DNA of 64,000 bases from Octopus sinensis (GCF_006345805.1 NC_043021.1:16058001-16122000); one strand, 5' to 3'. Shown: positions 24,085 to 36,122, counted from the first letter of the stretch. A program made the numbers and translations. Notes: generated by a model not told the origin, from the letters alone.

Positions 24085-24550
24085 CTCTGAACTCTTCAGC
24101 ATTCAAGATTATTCTGGCAGATTATTCTGTTTAATGCTTATTTATTCGCACTGTTCTGAATTAATCATGCATTATCTCGTAGCTTTGAGATTTCGATGCT
24201 GTGACTGCTTGTTTTAACCCTTTAGCATTTAAACTGGCCATATCCGGCCAAAAGTATTCTGCCTGTTTTATGTTCAAACTGGCCAGATTGGTCTCTCACA
24301 CCAACCCTACAATATCATCTTAAAAATTAACAGCTACCTCATCAAAATCTCATAGCTACAAGATGATGCATGGTTAGTTCAAAACAATGTGGGTAAAAAA
24401 GGATTAATTTTGGCAGAAAAATGCAAACACTAAAGGGTTAAAAATGACATTGTAGGGTAGGTGTAAGAGGCCTCGTCTGGCCAGTCTCTACATAAAACAG
24501 TTAAAGTATTTGGGCCCAGATGTGGCTGGTTTAAATACCGAAGGGTTAAC
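24085..24550 (-). mobile_element. Family H TTAA MITE (outer copy, interrupted)
   Basis: The body resumes on both sides of the inner insertion (..CTTGTTTTAA | AAATGACATTGTAGGGTAGGTGT..) and ends GAAGGGTTAA. Confidence 0.75.
24218..24437 (+). mobile_element. Family H TTAA MITE (inner copy)
   Basis: TTAA(24214-24217) CCCTTTAG...CTAAAGGG TTAA(24438-24441): TIR plus TTAA TSD typical of piggyBac-type elements. Confidence 0.9.
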
Positions 24551-24689
24551 TCCTAACTCTTTAAGAAGAGTTGTTCATAAAAAGAAGATTAGTTGTGAAT
24601 TAATGTAGTGCAAATGTAATAGGTGAAAGAAACCCAAAATGTGGGCATTTAGCATCCAACCTCCATTTTCATCATCATTTGTGGTGGTT

Positions 24690-25048
24690 AAGAAGCTCAC
24701 TTTGCAATCATGTGGTTTTGGGTTCAGTCCTATGGCATGGCACCTGGAACAAGTGCCTTCTACTGTAGCCACAGGTTGACCAATGCCTTGTGAGTGAATT
24801 TGATAGTTAGAAACTATGTGGGAGCCTGTCATGTGTGTGTGTATGTGTATTGGTCTCCTCCCCTACATTGCTTGACAACTGGTGTTGGTTTATTTACATC
24901 CCTGTTACTTACAGTTAGGCAAAAGACGCCAATAGAGTAAGTACTAGATTTTAAAAATAAGTTCAGGCATCAGTTTGTCCGACTAAAACCCTTCGAGGTG
25001 GTGCTCCAGCATGGCTGCAGTTCAGTAACTGAAAGAAATAAAAGATGA

Positions 25049-25050
<2 letters not shown>
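24690..25050 (+). mobile_element. Family A SINE, diverged
   Basis: Core GGCACCTGGAACAAGTG and tail GGTGCTCCAGCATGGCTGCAG recognisable. Confidence 0.75.
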
Positions 25051-25086
<36 letters not shown>

Positions 25087-25146
25087 CACACACGTTTAAA
25101 TATTTGTTGTGCAAGATTTTTTATGTGAAGTCATGTGTTGAAACAG

Positions 25147-25557
25147 ATATTGTTATATTTCGGAATGGTCATTTTGCCAGTTTAGCCAATAAAAACACAC
25201 GAACTATATATTTGGTGTTATTTTGCTTCAGTGTAATACAAATATTACAGGCATCCCCCCCACATACACACACTAAATAAACATAAACGCACATAGAGAT
25301 ATAAGCATGCGCAAATGAAGACATACAATAGAAATACAAAATGGCTGACAGTTAGTAAGGAGAAACACAAATAAGAAAGAAGAAAACAAAGGACCACTGA
25401 TGCGGTCACAGGAGTGTGACGAAAGAACTCTGGCCGAAATAAGATTAAGATTAATGTAAAAAATAAATAACACTGAAGCAAAATAACACCAAATATATAG
25501 TGCGTGTGTTTTTATTGGCTAAACTGGCAAAATGACCATTCCGAAATATAACAATAT
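25147..25557. mobile_element. 88-bp inverted repeat enclosing a possible Penelope-like fragment
   Basis: 25147-25234 vs the reverse complement of 25470-25557: 87/88 identical. The spacer contains a hammerhead-like CTGATG..GAAA motif. The Penelope assignment is inference. Confidence 0.55.
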
Positions 25558-25611
25558 ATATATATATATAATATATATATATATATACTATATATATATA
25601 TATATATATAT

Positions 25612-25833
25612 ATACTTTATAATTAGGGTTCAGCAAAGATTTGCTTTACCATATACCGAAGTTTAGAAATAGCAGTCAAAAACCTTAGCTATTTCTTCTA
25701 CTTTAAAAAGGGACTCCCAGAAAAACCAAAATACTTGAAAACAAGTTTTCAAGTATTTTGGTTTTTTGACTGCTATTTCTAAACTTCGGTATGTGGTAAA
25801 GCAAATCTTTGCTGAACCCTAATTATAAAGTAT
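25612..25833. repeat. Nested foldback: about 73-bp outer arms plus a 22-bp perfect inner palindrome
   Basis: 25612-25684 vs the reverse complement of 25760-25833 is near-perfect; AAAAACCAAAATACTTGAAAAC-AA-GTTTTCAAGTATTTTGGTTTTT at 25721-25766. Confidence 0.9.
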
Positions 25834-26490
25834 TACTTAAGTTTACCGTAAATGGTCTTTTTTCATGCCGAATTCTACTTGGTGAAATTATTGATGACTT
25901 CTTAATTAATTAATTTTACCCTTTGTTATTATTTATATGTGTGTGTGTGTGTGTGTGTGTTTATATTGATACAAAATGTGAAAATTGTGTGTTTACATAT
26001 CTAACAGCAAACTTAAGCATTTGTCATAAATAAGGGGTGGAGCAACACTGTAGTGATTAGACTGATTTCTTCTCCAAGTGGCTCAAGTGTCATGTGCCAG
26101 TGTATGATTTAACATAAATAACTTCATTATCTTTAAATTTCTTTAACTGTTTAGCAACCATAGATATCGAATGAGGTTATCTGTCCTTGAACTAGTTTCG
26201 TGGGAGTTACCTTGATAAACAGTAAAATTAAGATTTGCATTTTTTCTCTTTGATTAACCACATTTTCATTTGGAATAAAGGAGGTTTTTATCAACTTTTT
26301 CTTACATTTTCTTCCTTTTACTGGTTTTTGCCACTGAATTGCAATTGTTCCAGAGACTTCGCCTCACAGTCAAGGTCTCTAGTATTGGTAGCCTATTCAA
26401 ATTATTGTTGTTTGAAGGATGACTGGATGATGAAGGTGACTATATAGGTTGCTTTGAGAGGATGTAAGGAATTATTAATATTTCGTCTGG

Positions 26491-27657
26491 CAGCCAGCCT
26501 TGTCTGGCACCTCTGCCGGTGGCACGTAAAAAGCACCCACTACACTCACGGAGTGGTTGGCGTTAGGAAGGGCATCTAACTGTAGAAACATTGCCAGATC
26601 AGACTGGGCCTGGTGCAGCCTTCTGGCTTCCCAGACCCCAGTTGAACCGTCCAACCCATGCTAGCATGGAAATTGGACGCTAAACGATGATGATGATGAT
26701 GATTACATCTGTTTTAAGGCAGTGAGTTGGCAGGTTCGTTAGCATACTGGGCAAAATGCTTAGCAGTATTTTGCCCGTCTTTATGTTCTGAGTTCAAATT
26801 CCGCTGAGGTTGACTTTGCCTTTTCGGAGTTGATGAAATAAGTACCAGTTATACATTGGGATTGATGTAATCGATTGGCCCCCTCCTCACCAAATTTCAG
26901 GCCTTGTTTCTATAACAGAAAGGATTATTATATCTGTATAGTGGCATTTCATCCATCTCTGCATTCTGAGTTCAAATTCCACTGAGGTTGACTTTGCCTT
27001 CATCCTCTTGGGGTTGATAAAAACAAGTACCAGTTGAGCACTGGGGTTGATTTAATCGACTTGGTCCCTTCCCCTAAACTGTTGACCTTGTGCCAGAATT
27101 TGAAACCAATATTATTGCATTGTCTGAGTTCAGAGTTCAAGTCTTACTGAGGTCAACTTTGTCTTTCCTTCTTTTGGGATCAATAAAATAAAGTATGGTG
27201 TGAGCATTGGGGTCAATGTAATTGACCAACCTCCTCAAAATTGAAGGCCTTGTGCCTATTATAGAAAGAATTATTACTCTTATAAATATGGTAGATTGGT
27301 AGAATTGTTAGTTGTGGAAGGCAGTGAGCTGGCAGAATTGTTAGCATGCCAGGCAAAATGCTTAGCAGTATTTCATCTGCTGCTACGTTCTGAGTTCAAA
27401 TTCCGCTGAAGTTGACTTTGATATAAATAAGTACCAGTTACGCACTGGGGTCGATATAATCGACTTAATCCATTTGTCTGTCCTTGTTTGTCCCCTCTGT
27501 GTGTAGTCCCTTGTTGTTAGTAAAGAAATAAGAATTAGTAGTTGTTAAAATACCTTGTGGTATTTGTTTTGATATTTTACGTTTTGAGGTCAATTCCTGC
27601 CAGGGTCATCTTTGCTTATCATCTCTAAGGTCAATAGGGTAAGTACCAATCAGGTAT
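26491..27657 (+). mobile_element. Composite block: family D 3' end plus multiple family B units
   Basis: D (26491-26703), B (26716-26930), partial B units, and a younger B at about 27318-27530 with an imperfect about 15-bp TSD AGAATT(GT/AG)TAGTTGT. Confidence 0.85.
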
Positions 27658-27810
27658 AGAGATCAAAGGTACTGCCTTAACCCTTCTCTCAAAATTCCTG
27701 ACCTGGAACCTAAATTAGAAACCATTGTTATGAACGCATTATTAAAGATAGGGTTTAAGTCCCTTAGATTACTTGAACCCTATACTTTATCATCTCGTAA
27801 TTCTTCTGTG

Positions 27811-28196
27811 TAGGAGTGGCTGTGTGGTAAGTAACTTGCTTACCAACTACATGGTTCTGGGTTTAGTTCCACTGCATGGCACCTTGGGCAAGTGTCTTCT
27901 ACTATAGCCTCGGGCTGACCAAAGCCTTGTGAGTGGATTTGGTAGATGGAAACTGAAAGAAACCCATCGTATATATATGTATATGTATGTGTATATGTTT
28001 GTGTGTCTGTGTTTGTCCCCCTAGCATCGCTTGACAACTGATGCTGGTGTGTTTACGTCCTTGTAACTTAGCGGTTTGGCAAAAGTCTGATAGGCTTACA
28101 AAGAATAAGCCCTGGTGTCGATTTTCTTGACTAAAGGCGGTGCTCCAGCATGGCTGCAGTCAAATGACTGAAACAAGTAAAAGAGTAAGAGAGTAG
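27811..28196 (+). mobile_element. Family A SINE, full length
   Basis: Colinear with consensus. Confidence 0.9.
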
Positions 28197-28496
28197 ATAA
28201 ATTCAGAGAAAGAACAACAACACCCAGAAAACCTTTGTAGGATCATTGAAACTGGCAGTGGTGGTGGGGTAAGAATCCATGGGTCATAGGTTACGTCAGT
28301 AGTAGCAGATAGTGTATGATGATATTACCTCTAAATTGATCTGAATGTATGTAACAGGCTGGATTTTACTAAAACCAACCACAAGCTAGTTGGGGTGGCT
28401 AAACCAGATGACCGATTAAGTGTAACCACCAAGGAGAGGCACAGGTCATTCCATGGACTTCCTATAGTTTTTGTCTTTCAGTGTTACTCACAAGAC

Positions 28497-28725
28497 TTAA
28501 CTCATTAGCATTTAAACTGGCCACATCTTGTCAGAATAGTCTACCTGTTTTACCTTTAAACTGATCAGATATGACCCCTCACACATACCTTACAGTATTA
28601 TTCTAAAAATAAACAATGACATCATTGGAATCAAACAGGTATGAGATAAAGCAGGATTAATTCAAAGCTATATGAATAAATAAGCATTACATTAGGCAGA
28701 ATAAGCTGACTGCTAAAGGGTTTAG
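28497..28725 (+). mobile_element. Family H TTAA MITE, diverged
   Basis: TTAACTCATTAGCATTTAAACTGGCC...GCTAAAGGGTTT. Confidence 0.75.
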
Positions 28726-29043
28726 TTGATCCCAAAGTCATCATAGAAGACACTTACTCAAAGTGCTACACAGTTGGATCAAACCCATATTCAGGTGATT
28801 CTGAAGGACCTTTTTTTGACCACACTGCAATGGTCGCATCTTTAAATGCAGTTAGATATAAATTCTTTTTTTTTTTAACTTTTATTTTCTTTTTGATTTT
28901 TTTTGTTTTTCTGAAATATGAAGTCTTGTGCATGTCACGTAATGAAAAAGAAAAATTATGTATTAATAGAAATAATGACGAGAGATTAAAAATAAACAAA
29001 AGTGTCTTCAATTTGTCCTTGGCTTATCTTTTGCTCTACACAG

Positions 29044-29213
29044 GTTACGGATCTTTGACCCGATTCTCTTTACGAACTTTATTAATTTGCCAGTGTCTTC
29101 ATTTGCAATCTGATCATTTGATGTTTGCATATGAGACCTTTATTATCGAATGAAGAGCCCACTCTTAAGTTTGTCTCTTAGTTGGAGTGGAAGGCTCTTA
29201 TTGTTGCATTAAG
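29044..29213 (+). other. Candidate 170-nt non-coding exon
   Basis: Acceptor ATCTTTTGCTCTACACAG| and donor AAG|GTATGT flank unique sequence; stops occur in all three frames. Confidence 0.3.
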
Positions 29214-29603
29214 GTATGTTTCTTGTTTTGAAATACTACTATTACTAATAGCGATAATCCTTTCTACAATAGACAGAAGGCCTGAAATGGGGGGGGGAGA
29301 CCAGCTAATCATATCAACCCCAGTGTTTCACTGGTACTTATTTCACTGACTCTGAAAGGATGAAAGCGGAATTTGAACTCAGAACGTAGCGATGGGTGAA
29401 ATGCCGTTATGCATTTCTTATTTTGGTACAAGGCCAAGCTCCCACCAGTTTATTGTCGTTCCATCACCTACCCACTCGACAGAGCCTTTATCTAGTTTCT
29501 TGACATGTTATGAATAGTAGCTAAATCTCACCATGACCATTGTCTTTCAGAAATGAAAGACAGATTGAATAACAGAATTTGAAAAACTCTCTATCTGAGA
29601 AGA

Positions 29604-29655
<52 letters not shown>

Positions 29656-30319
29656 TGGGGGAGAGGGTTGGAATTGTCCTGGTTAAGCTACCTTGACTAA
29701 AGGACTGCCTGATCAGGGCTGACTTACCAATAAAAGATGATGACAACAACAACAACAACAGCAGTATGTGATACCCCACCCTACAAAAGTGCTGCTTCAC
29801 TGGCCATATTTACCAAACCAACCTTGACCTGTTCAGATAGATTCACCTCTCCAAAAGCTGTCTCTGAGAATCTCCTGATAATTTTTCCATTCTTTATCTG
29901 CAAAAGCAGACCAAAATGTTCTGCTGCTGCCTCCTGGTCGTGTTTCTAAGCCTGCTGGAATGATTATCTACCTCTACTCTGTATAGTTTATCGCTGAAAT
30001 TCATTCTTTATTTTCTCAAATATACACTTTATCTCTTAGGATTTAATGAACTTTATACACGTGCATGGTGCATATCTTGGTGTATACAATGTGTGTATGG
30101 ATGTGCAGTATGCATGTGTATCTGAGTAAGTATGTGGTATGCACCTATACCACTTGCATAGAAGTGTACACACTTACACACGTGACAGTTACAAGAACTA
30201 ATCTTATACAACTTGTAGTTTTGTTTGTACCGAGAAAAGCCGGTAGAGCTTGATGTAGTCCTCTGCCTCACCAACTCTTGTCAAGCTGTCCAACCCATAC
30301 CGGCATGGAAAACAAACCC

Positions 30320-30850
30320 AAAATGATGATACAGACATGCACACACACACACAAACACACATGTATGCACACAGACATGCATGCATGCACATGCACACAA
30401 ACATGCACGCATGCACACATACACACACATACATACAGATATGTGTGCACACAGATGTGCATATGCACACACACATACATACAGATGCATGCACACATAC
30501 ATACAGATGCATGCACACATACAGACATACACACACAAATACAGATATGTATGCACATAGACATGCATGCACACACATACAGACATGCATGTACATAGAC
30601 ATATGCACAAACATACACACATACATGCACAGATACACATATGTACACGCACACACATACACGCACGCACACACACATGCACATTTATGCATACCAGCAT
30701 ATGCAGATATATGCATGAAACTCTCAACACTTGAGTTACTTTTGTAACTCTGCAGACTAACACACACTGGTGTACACAAACACATATGCATATATGTAAA
30801 TGAGTGTACATATACTTGACGTATGCATGCACACACATATGCACACACAA
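30320..30850. repeat. Degenerate CA/CATA/CATG microsatellite
   Basis: Direct reading. Confidence 0.95.
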
Positions 30851-30851
30851 A

Positions 30852-31082
30852 GGCGGCGAGCTGGCAGAAACGTTAGCACGCCTGGCAAAATGTGTAGCCG
30901 TATTTCGTCTGCCGCTACGTTCTGAGTTCAAATTCCGCCGAGGTCGACTTTGCCTTTCATCCTTTCGGGGTCGATAAATTAAGTACCAGTTACGCACTGG
31001 GATCGATGTAATCGACTTAATCCGTTTGTCTGTCCTTATTTGTCCCCTCTGTGTGAAGCCCCTTGTGGGTAGTAAAGAAATA
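30852..31082 (+). mobile_element. Family B SINE, young long monomer
   Basis: Near-consensus, CpG-rich GGCGGCGAGCTGGCAGAAACGTTAGCACG..GAGTTCAAATTCCGCCGAGGTCGAC. Confidence 0.92.
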
Positions 31083-31328
31083 TATATGCACACACATATG
31101 CACACACACATACACACACAAATGTTGACAGGTATGTATATTTATCTGAAATGTTAGATTCTTGAGATAGTGTAAAGTCCACCTATGTAGCACTGATTGT
31201 GTTCACCTGGTTGCATACCCCTAGGTAGCACTGATTGTGCAGTCTTAGTCAAGAACATCTTTGAAAACTATATTCTTTGTTTACAGTTATCACCTGTTTA
31301 TTTTGAGAGTTTTATTTTTTATCTATTA

Positions 31329-31723
31329 CTAGCAGTATCGCCCGGCGTTGCTCGGGTTGTAAGGGAAATAAATATATAAGCATTTTTAGAGAGTTATAGC
31401 CAAAAAATAGCAAAAAAATGCATTAAAAATTGAAAAAAAATTAAGGTAAATTTTTTTTTAAATCGTTGACACATCGTAGATATTTTTAGAGAGTTACTTC
31501 CCTTATATAAAAGCGAAAAAAATGCATTAAAATGGAAAAATATGATGGTAATTTTTTTTTAAATCGTAGACTCATCGTAGACGCACGCTAATACCCAGAT
31601 GGGCTCGATATGAATCACGACTATAAGATACCCGCTTTTGGTTAAACTGCACCGCAAAATGTGGGAGTAGTTACGAATCTAAATCGTAGGAGACAGACAC
31701 ACAACTTCACTCTTATATAAAGA
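31329..31723 (-). mobile_element. Non-autonomous Helitron
   Basis: On the minus strand: A|TC start, 3' hairpin CCCG-AGCAACGC-CGGG, CTAG|T end, no TSD (canonical Helitron termini); internal short tandem subrepeat. Confidence 0.85.
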
Positions 31724-32085
31724 TGGTTTTTTTTTTCAGTCATAGAGTTAGATTTATGAAGGTCTTCAGTAGAAAATCCTTCGAATTCTGACTCGCTGCT
31801 TGATATAATGAAATTCGTATCCATTTTTTGTCAGAATTACAAATTTTGAAAACACAATAGGAACAAATTTCGGAAAAAAATCTCCCATAATTCACGGAAT
31901 TAAAATTACACTTCGATTTTTGTACAAAACTGTAGTTGAAGTGTTTATGAAGTATAATACGTGTTTTCACGAATGTACTAAAGAGATTTGCTCTGATATT
32001 CTCATTTAAATATGAATAGGTAAATTCGGGCGGCTTGGTAACTATATATAAGTGTCGTCTGTTTATACATAAACACTGTTTCATA
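31724..32085 (-). mobile_element. Possible 5' fragment of a DNA transposon, cut by the Helitron
   Basis: ORF start MDTNFIISSSESEFEGFSTEDL; an acidic S-E-F-E-G-F motif recalls terminal motifs of piggyBac/pogo-like proteins; CpG-richer than the flanks. Confidence 0.3.
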
Positions 32086-32106
32086 CTGCAATTATATATA
32101 CATATA

Positions 32107-32896
32107 TCTATATATAATATTATATAATAAAATATATACAGAGTAAAATAAAAACCAATTTACCTTTTCTGTCCGTCCGTGTGTCTTTGCAAATGTGTTG
32201 GAATGATAAGTGAGTTGAGTTTTGGCGCCTATTTTACTAATAACAAACACACACGTGTTTGTATGTAGTTGTATGTGTATGTAGTTGTATGTAGTTGTAT
32301 ATGTATGTGTATGCGTGTGTGTGAGGAATGACACACACACACACACTCACGCACGCACACATGTACATCAATGCTTTCGGAGTGATATGTTAAAATATTG
32401 AGTTTTCTCGAATTTTGTCTTAATTGGTGGTAAAATTGAAAGAAATTTTTTATGGCATCACCCACTGAAGTACTCTGAAAAATCTTAGGTAAATTCTAAT
32501 TGAAGAAATTGTGTGAGGAGTAAATGGTTATGTATTTATTTGTTTCTGTTGCTGTGTTTTTTTATTTTTTGAGTAGTGGTTTAAATACTTTCAGTTTAGT
32601 CTTGCTCAAATCACTCTGTCGCTATTTACTTTCATTTTATTCGTTGCACACTGTGTGTGTGCGTTTGCGTGTGGTGTAAACCAGACTAAGAAAAGCATTT
32701 GACACACACACCAGAATGTGAGTTTTCTGTAAATTTTGCTTAATTGGAGTTTAAATTTAAAAAACTGGACCTGGCATGACGCGATGCATTGTACTCTTAA
32801 AAATGCTAGGTAAATTGTAATTGAAGAAATCCTATATTGTAGATTTGTATAACTCCCAAAGGGAGGCAGATAAAATCTGCCTTTTATAATAAGAGA
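32107..32896. mobile_element. Helitron/Helentron-like non-autonomous sequence
   Basis: TCTATATATAAT..CTGTCCGTCCGT at the left end; GGCAGAT-AAA-ATCTGCC hairpin then TTTTATAATAAGAGA at the right end; internal subrepeat GAGTTTTCT..TAGGTAAATT..AATTGAAGAAAT present twice. Confidence 0.5.
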
Positions 32897-33250
32897 TTAT
32901 GATTATGTCAAGAAGTGAGCATCCTCCAGAAGGGGCTTCATACACGCCTGTAGTTTCCAAGACAAACTATCGCTTCACTTTACTTTGCTTGTCACTCATG
33001 ACTAAGTTATTAAAAGTACTGAAAGTGCATTGGCAAAATAATATATAGGCGCAGGAGTAGCTGTGTGGTCCCACCATGTAGATTTGGTAGACAAACTGAA
33101 AGAGGCCTGTCATATATCTATCTATCTATATATATATATATATATTTTATAATATATATAATATATATATATATATATATAGGAATAAAAAATAGAGTTA
33201 ACGCAGGTTTAAACAAGTATTAATTGTTAACAAGGTAAAATACACTCATC

Positions 33251-33281
<31 letters not shown>

Positions 33282-33579
33282 GTGTCTGTGTTTGTTCCCC
33301 TGCCATTGGTGTGTTTACATCTCCATAATTTACCGGTTCACCAAAAATTACCGATAGAATAAGCATTAGGCTTACAGAAAATAAGTCTTCTGGTTGAAGG
33401 TGGTACTCCAGCATGGCTGCAGTTAAATGACTGAAACAAGTAGAAAAGAAAAAAAAAGAAAATATAGTAAACACTTTAAACTATGGATTGATTGAAGGTC
33501 CAATGGACTCTCTCGTTGAAGTCTGTGTGAGTGTTCAGCTTTTGCTTTACGACCTGCACAAATGATTCGTTTATAGTAA

Positions 33580-33800
33580 TCAAACATCTGTGTCACATAT
33601 TAGCTTACTCTCTCCATTAAATTGATGTTGCTTGAACAGGTGCCCGATGTACCACATGTCAGGTATCAAAGTGATCAAAGAACAATGTGAGATAAAGTGT
33701 TTTGCTCTAGAACATAATGCACTACCCAGTTTAGGAATTGAAACCATGATCTTGTAATTGTAAGTGCAACACTCTAACCACTAGGCCATGTGTCCTCACA
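33580..33800 (-). mobile_element. Old tRNA-headed SINE (related copy at about 10500-10660)
   Basis: Reverse complement reads GAGGACACATGGCCTAGTGGTTAGAGTGTTGCACT..GGTTTCAATTCC. Confidence 0.65.
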
Positions 33801-34463
33801 ATGAAGATATAATTAATCTGTATATGATATTTTTCAGCTAGGCTATGACTACATTGGTAATGTTTTAGCAAATTTTACTATGCTGTGATATATATCCTTA
33901 TTTACACATCAGAGAAAAGTGCACATAGCTGGATTTGAACCCATAGTTCCAGTAAGCGAAGTACTGTAGCTGTCTCACTGAGCTGTGGATTCTCTAAGAA
34001 AATGGATCAGTGATGCGCCTGCCCCCCCCTCTCTAATCAGAGTGAAAGCGACAGGCTGTAGTGAGATCAAAGATACATAATATGGTGCTGACAGTTTAAC
34101 TGTTATCAGCTCTGATCAAAGATATTCCACCCATGACCATCATGATTTTTTTTTTTAGATATTGTTAGACCTAAGTTATCTTTGAATGAGCTGACCTAAG
34201 ATCAAAGACACTCCAGCCATAACCTTTCTGTCATCCTTTTTTTTTCTTTCCTAATTATTGTAATTCTTCTAATGCATTATTCAGTGTATCCTTCCTTGTT
34301 TAAGACGATACGATTCAGTATGAGGGAGATTTAGCTGCTATATATAATATAGGTAGCTGATACTAGTTAAGTTCTAGTATATTTATTTACTTACTTTGAA
34401 TGTCATTCTCTCTCTCCCCTCTCTCTTTTCCTCCCTCATATGGATGCGTGCATATATATGTAT

Positions 34464-34493
<30 letters not shown>

Positions 34494-34498
<5 letters not shown>

Positions 34499-34779
34499 CG
34501 TGACCGACCAGGCTATCAGGTGTTGCTACACATCGCTGGTCACAATGCGCTTGTTTCAGCCTTCAAATGACGCCACCCCACTGGCTAAGTGAACAGGCCA
34601 ACAGAAGAAAGAGTGAGAGAAAGTTGTGGCGAAAGAGTACAGCAGGGATCACCACCACTCCCTGCTGGAGCCTTGTGGAGATTTAGGTGTTTTCGCTCAA
34701 TAAACACTCACAACGCTCGGTCTGGGAACCGAAGCCGCGACCGCACATCCGCTGCCCTAACCACTGGGCCATTGCGCCT

Positions 34780-34781
<2 letters not shown>
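34494..34781 (-). mobile_element. Family C SINE, alternative-tail variant, within (TA)n
   Basis: Same head and core as 11372-11759 but a different 3' half ending ..GGTCACGGTGA(TA)n. Confidence 0.88.
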
Positions 34782-34817
<36 letters not shown>

Positions 34818-34820
<3 letters not shown>

Positions 34821-34976
34821 CAATTTACCAAAGTGCTAATAGTTTCATGCTTTAAGATACATCTAATGTTATGAACTAAGTCTGAAAGATTGCATGGAGA
34901 TACGTGACATGTTATATAAATCTGCCAATTTAATGTATCTCAAAGCATGAAACTATTGGTAGCTCTTTTGTAATTG
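34818..34976. mobile_element. Small MITE-like foldback in TA context
   Basis: AATAGTTTCATGCTTTAAGATACAT (34838-34862) vs the reverse complement of 34933-34957: 24/25, with imperfect outward extension to TATA flanks. Confidence 0.65.
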
Positions 34977-35735
34977 TATATATTAAATGATATTTATCTC
35001 TCACTAGATGGTGTACTTTTTCTGTTGATCTTAACCTATAATGGAACTGTAAACTATATATATATACATATATATATATATTTGTGTGCGTGTGTATGTA
35101 TGTATATTATCTGGTTTTACTAATTTGATATTCCATTTGCAGTATGGCTTAAAAGTATCCATTACCGGATGCTAATATCAGCATGCTACTTAATTGCTTT
35201 TATAAAAGAAATAAGAGCAAGAAAATATTTAAGATGCAAACTAGAAACAGCAACAAGAACAACAGCAACAACAACAATCTGTTTTTGCATCCTTATCTGA
35301 GATAGAACTGGTGTATATTTACTTTGATCTTATTCCTTAGAACTAGCTGCAATAATTAGATTGTTGTTTAGCCCCGAGATCAGACCTAAATCTGTTTTAT
35401 TGGAACAGATTCATCGGTGAAGTAATTATGTTCTTGTTGTTGATGTTGTTGTTGGTGGTGGTGGTGTTATGGTATTGGTTGTTATGGTGATTGTTGTTGT
35501 TGTGGTTGTAATGGTTGTTGTTTGTTTGTTTAGCACCAGGTCAACTCTGATAGAACAGCCTTATTATTCAAGTGTTGTTATTGTGTAAGCCCAAGGCCTG
35601 TGTGTGTGTGTGCACGTGTGTGCATGAGTGTTTATGTCTTATTGTCTTGACATCATGTGATGGCTGTAAACAAGTGGCACCATCATATAAGCAGTGTCTC
35701 TTTTTTCCAGCCTTCTGTAAAAGAACTTGCTCATA

Positions 35736-36122
35736 GGCGTAGGTGTGGCTGTGTGGTAAGTAGCTTGCTTACGAACCACATGGTTTCGGGTTCAATCCCA
35801 CTGCATGGCACCTTGGGCAAGTGTCTTCTACTATAGCCTCGGGCCAACCAAAGCCTTGTGAGTGGATTTGGTAGACGGAAACTGAAAGAAGCCCATCGTA
35901 TATATGTATGTGTGCGTATGTGTTTGTGTGTCTGTGTTTGTCCCCCCAACATTGCTTGACAACCGATGCTGGTGTGTTTGCGTCACCGTAACTTAGCAGT
36001 TCGGCAGAAGAGACCGATAGAATAAGTACTAGGCTTACAAAGAATAAGTCCTGGGGTCAATTTGCTCAACTAAAGGCAGTGCTCCAGCATGACCACAGTC
36101 AAATGACTGAAACAAGTAAGAC
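35736..36122 (+). mobile_element. Family A SINE, full length
   Basis: Colinear with consensus. Confidence 0.9.

Noticed and set aside
25397-25460. Active hammerhead ribozyme
   Set aside because: Core A9 is C, stem III is only about 2 bp and stem I does not pair in this copy; kept only as a relic hint.
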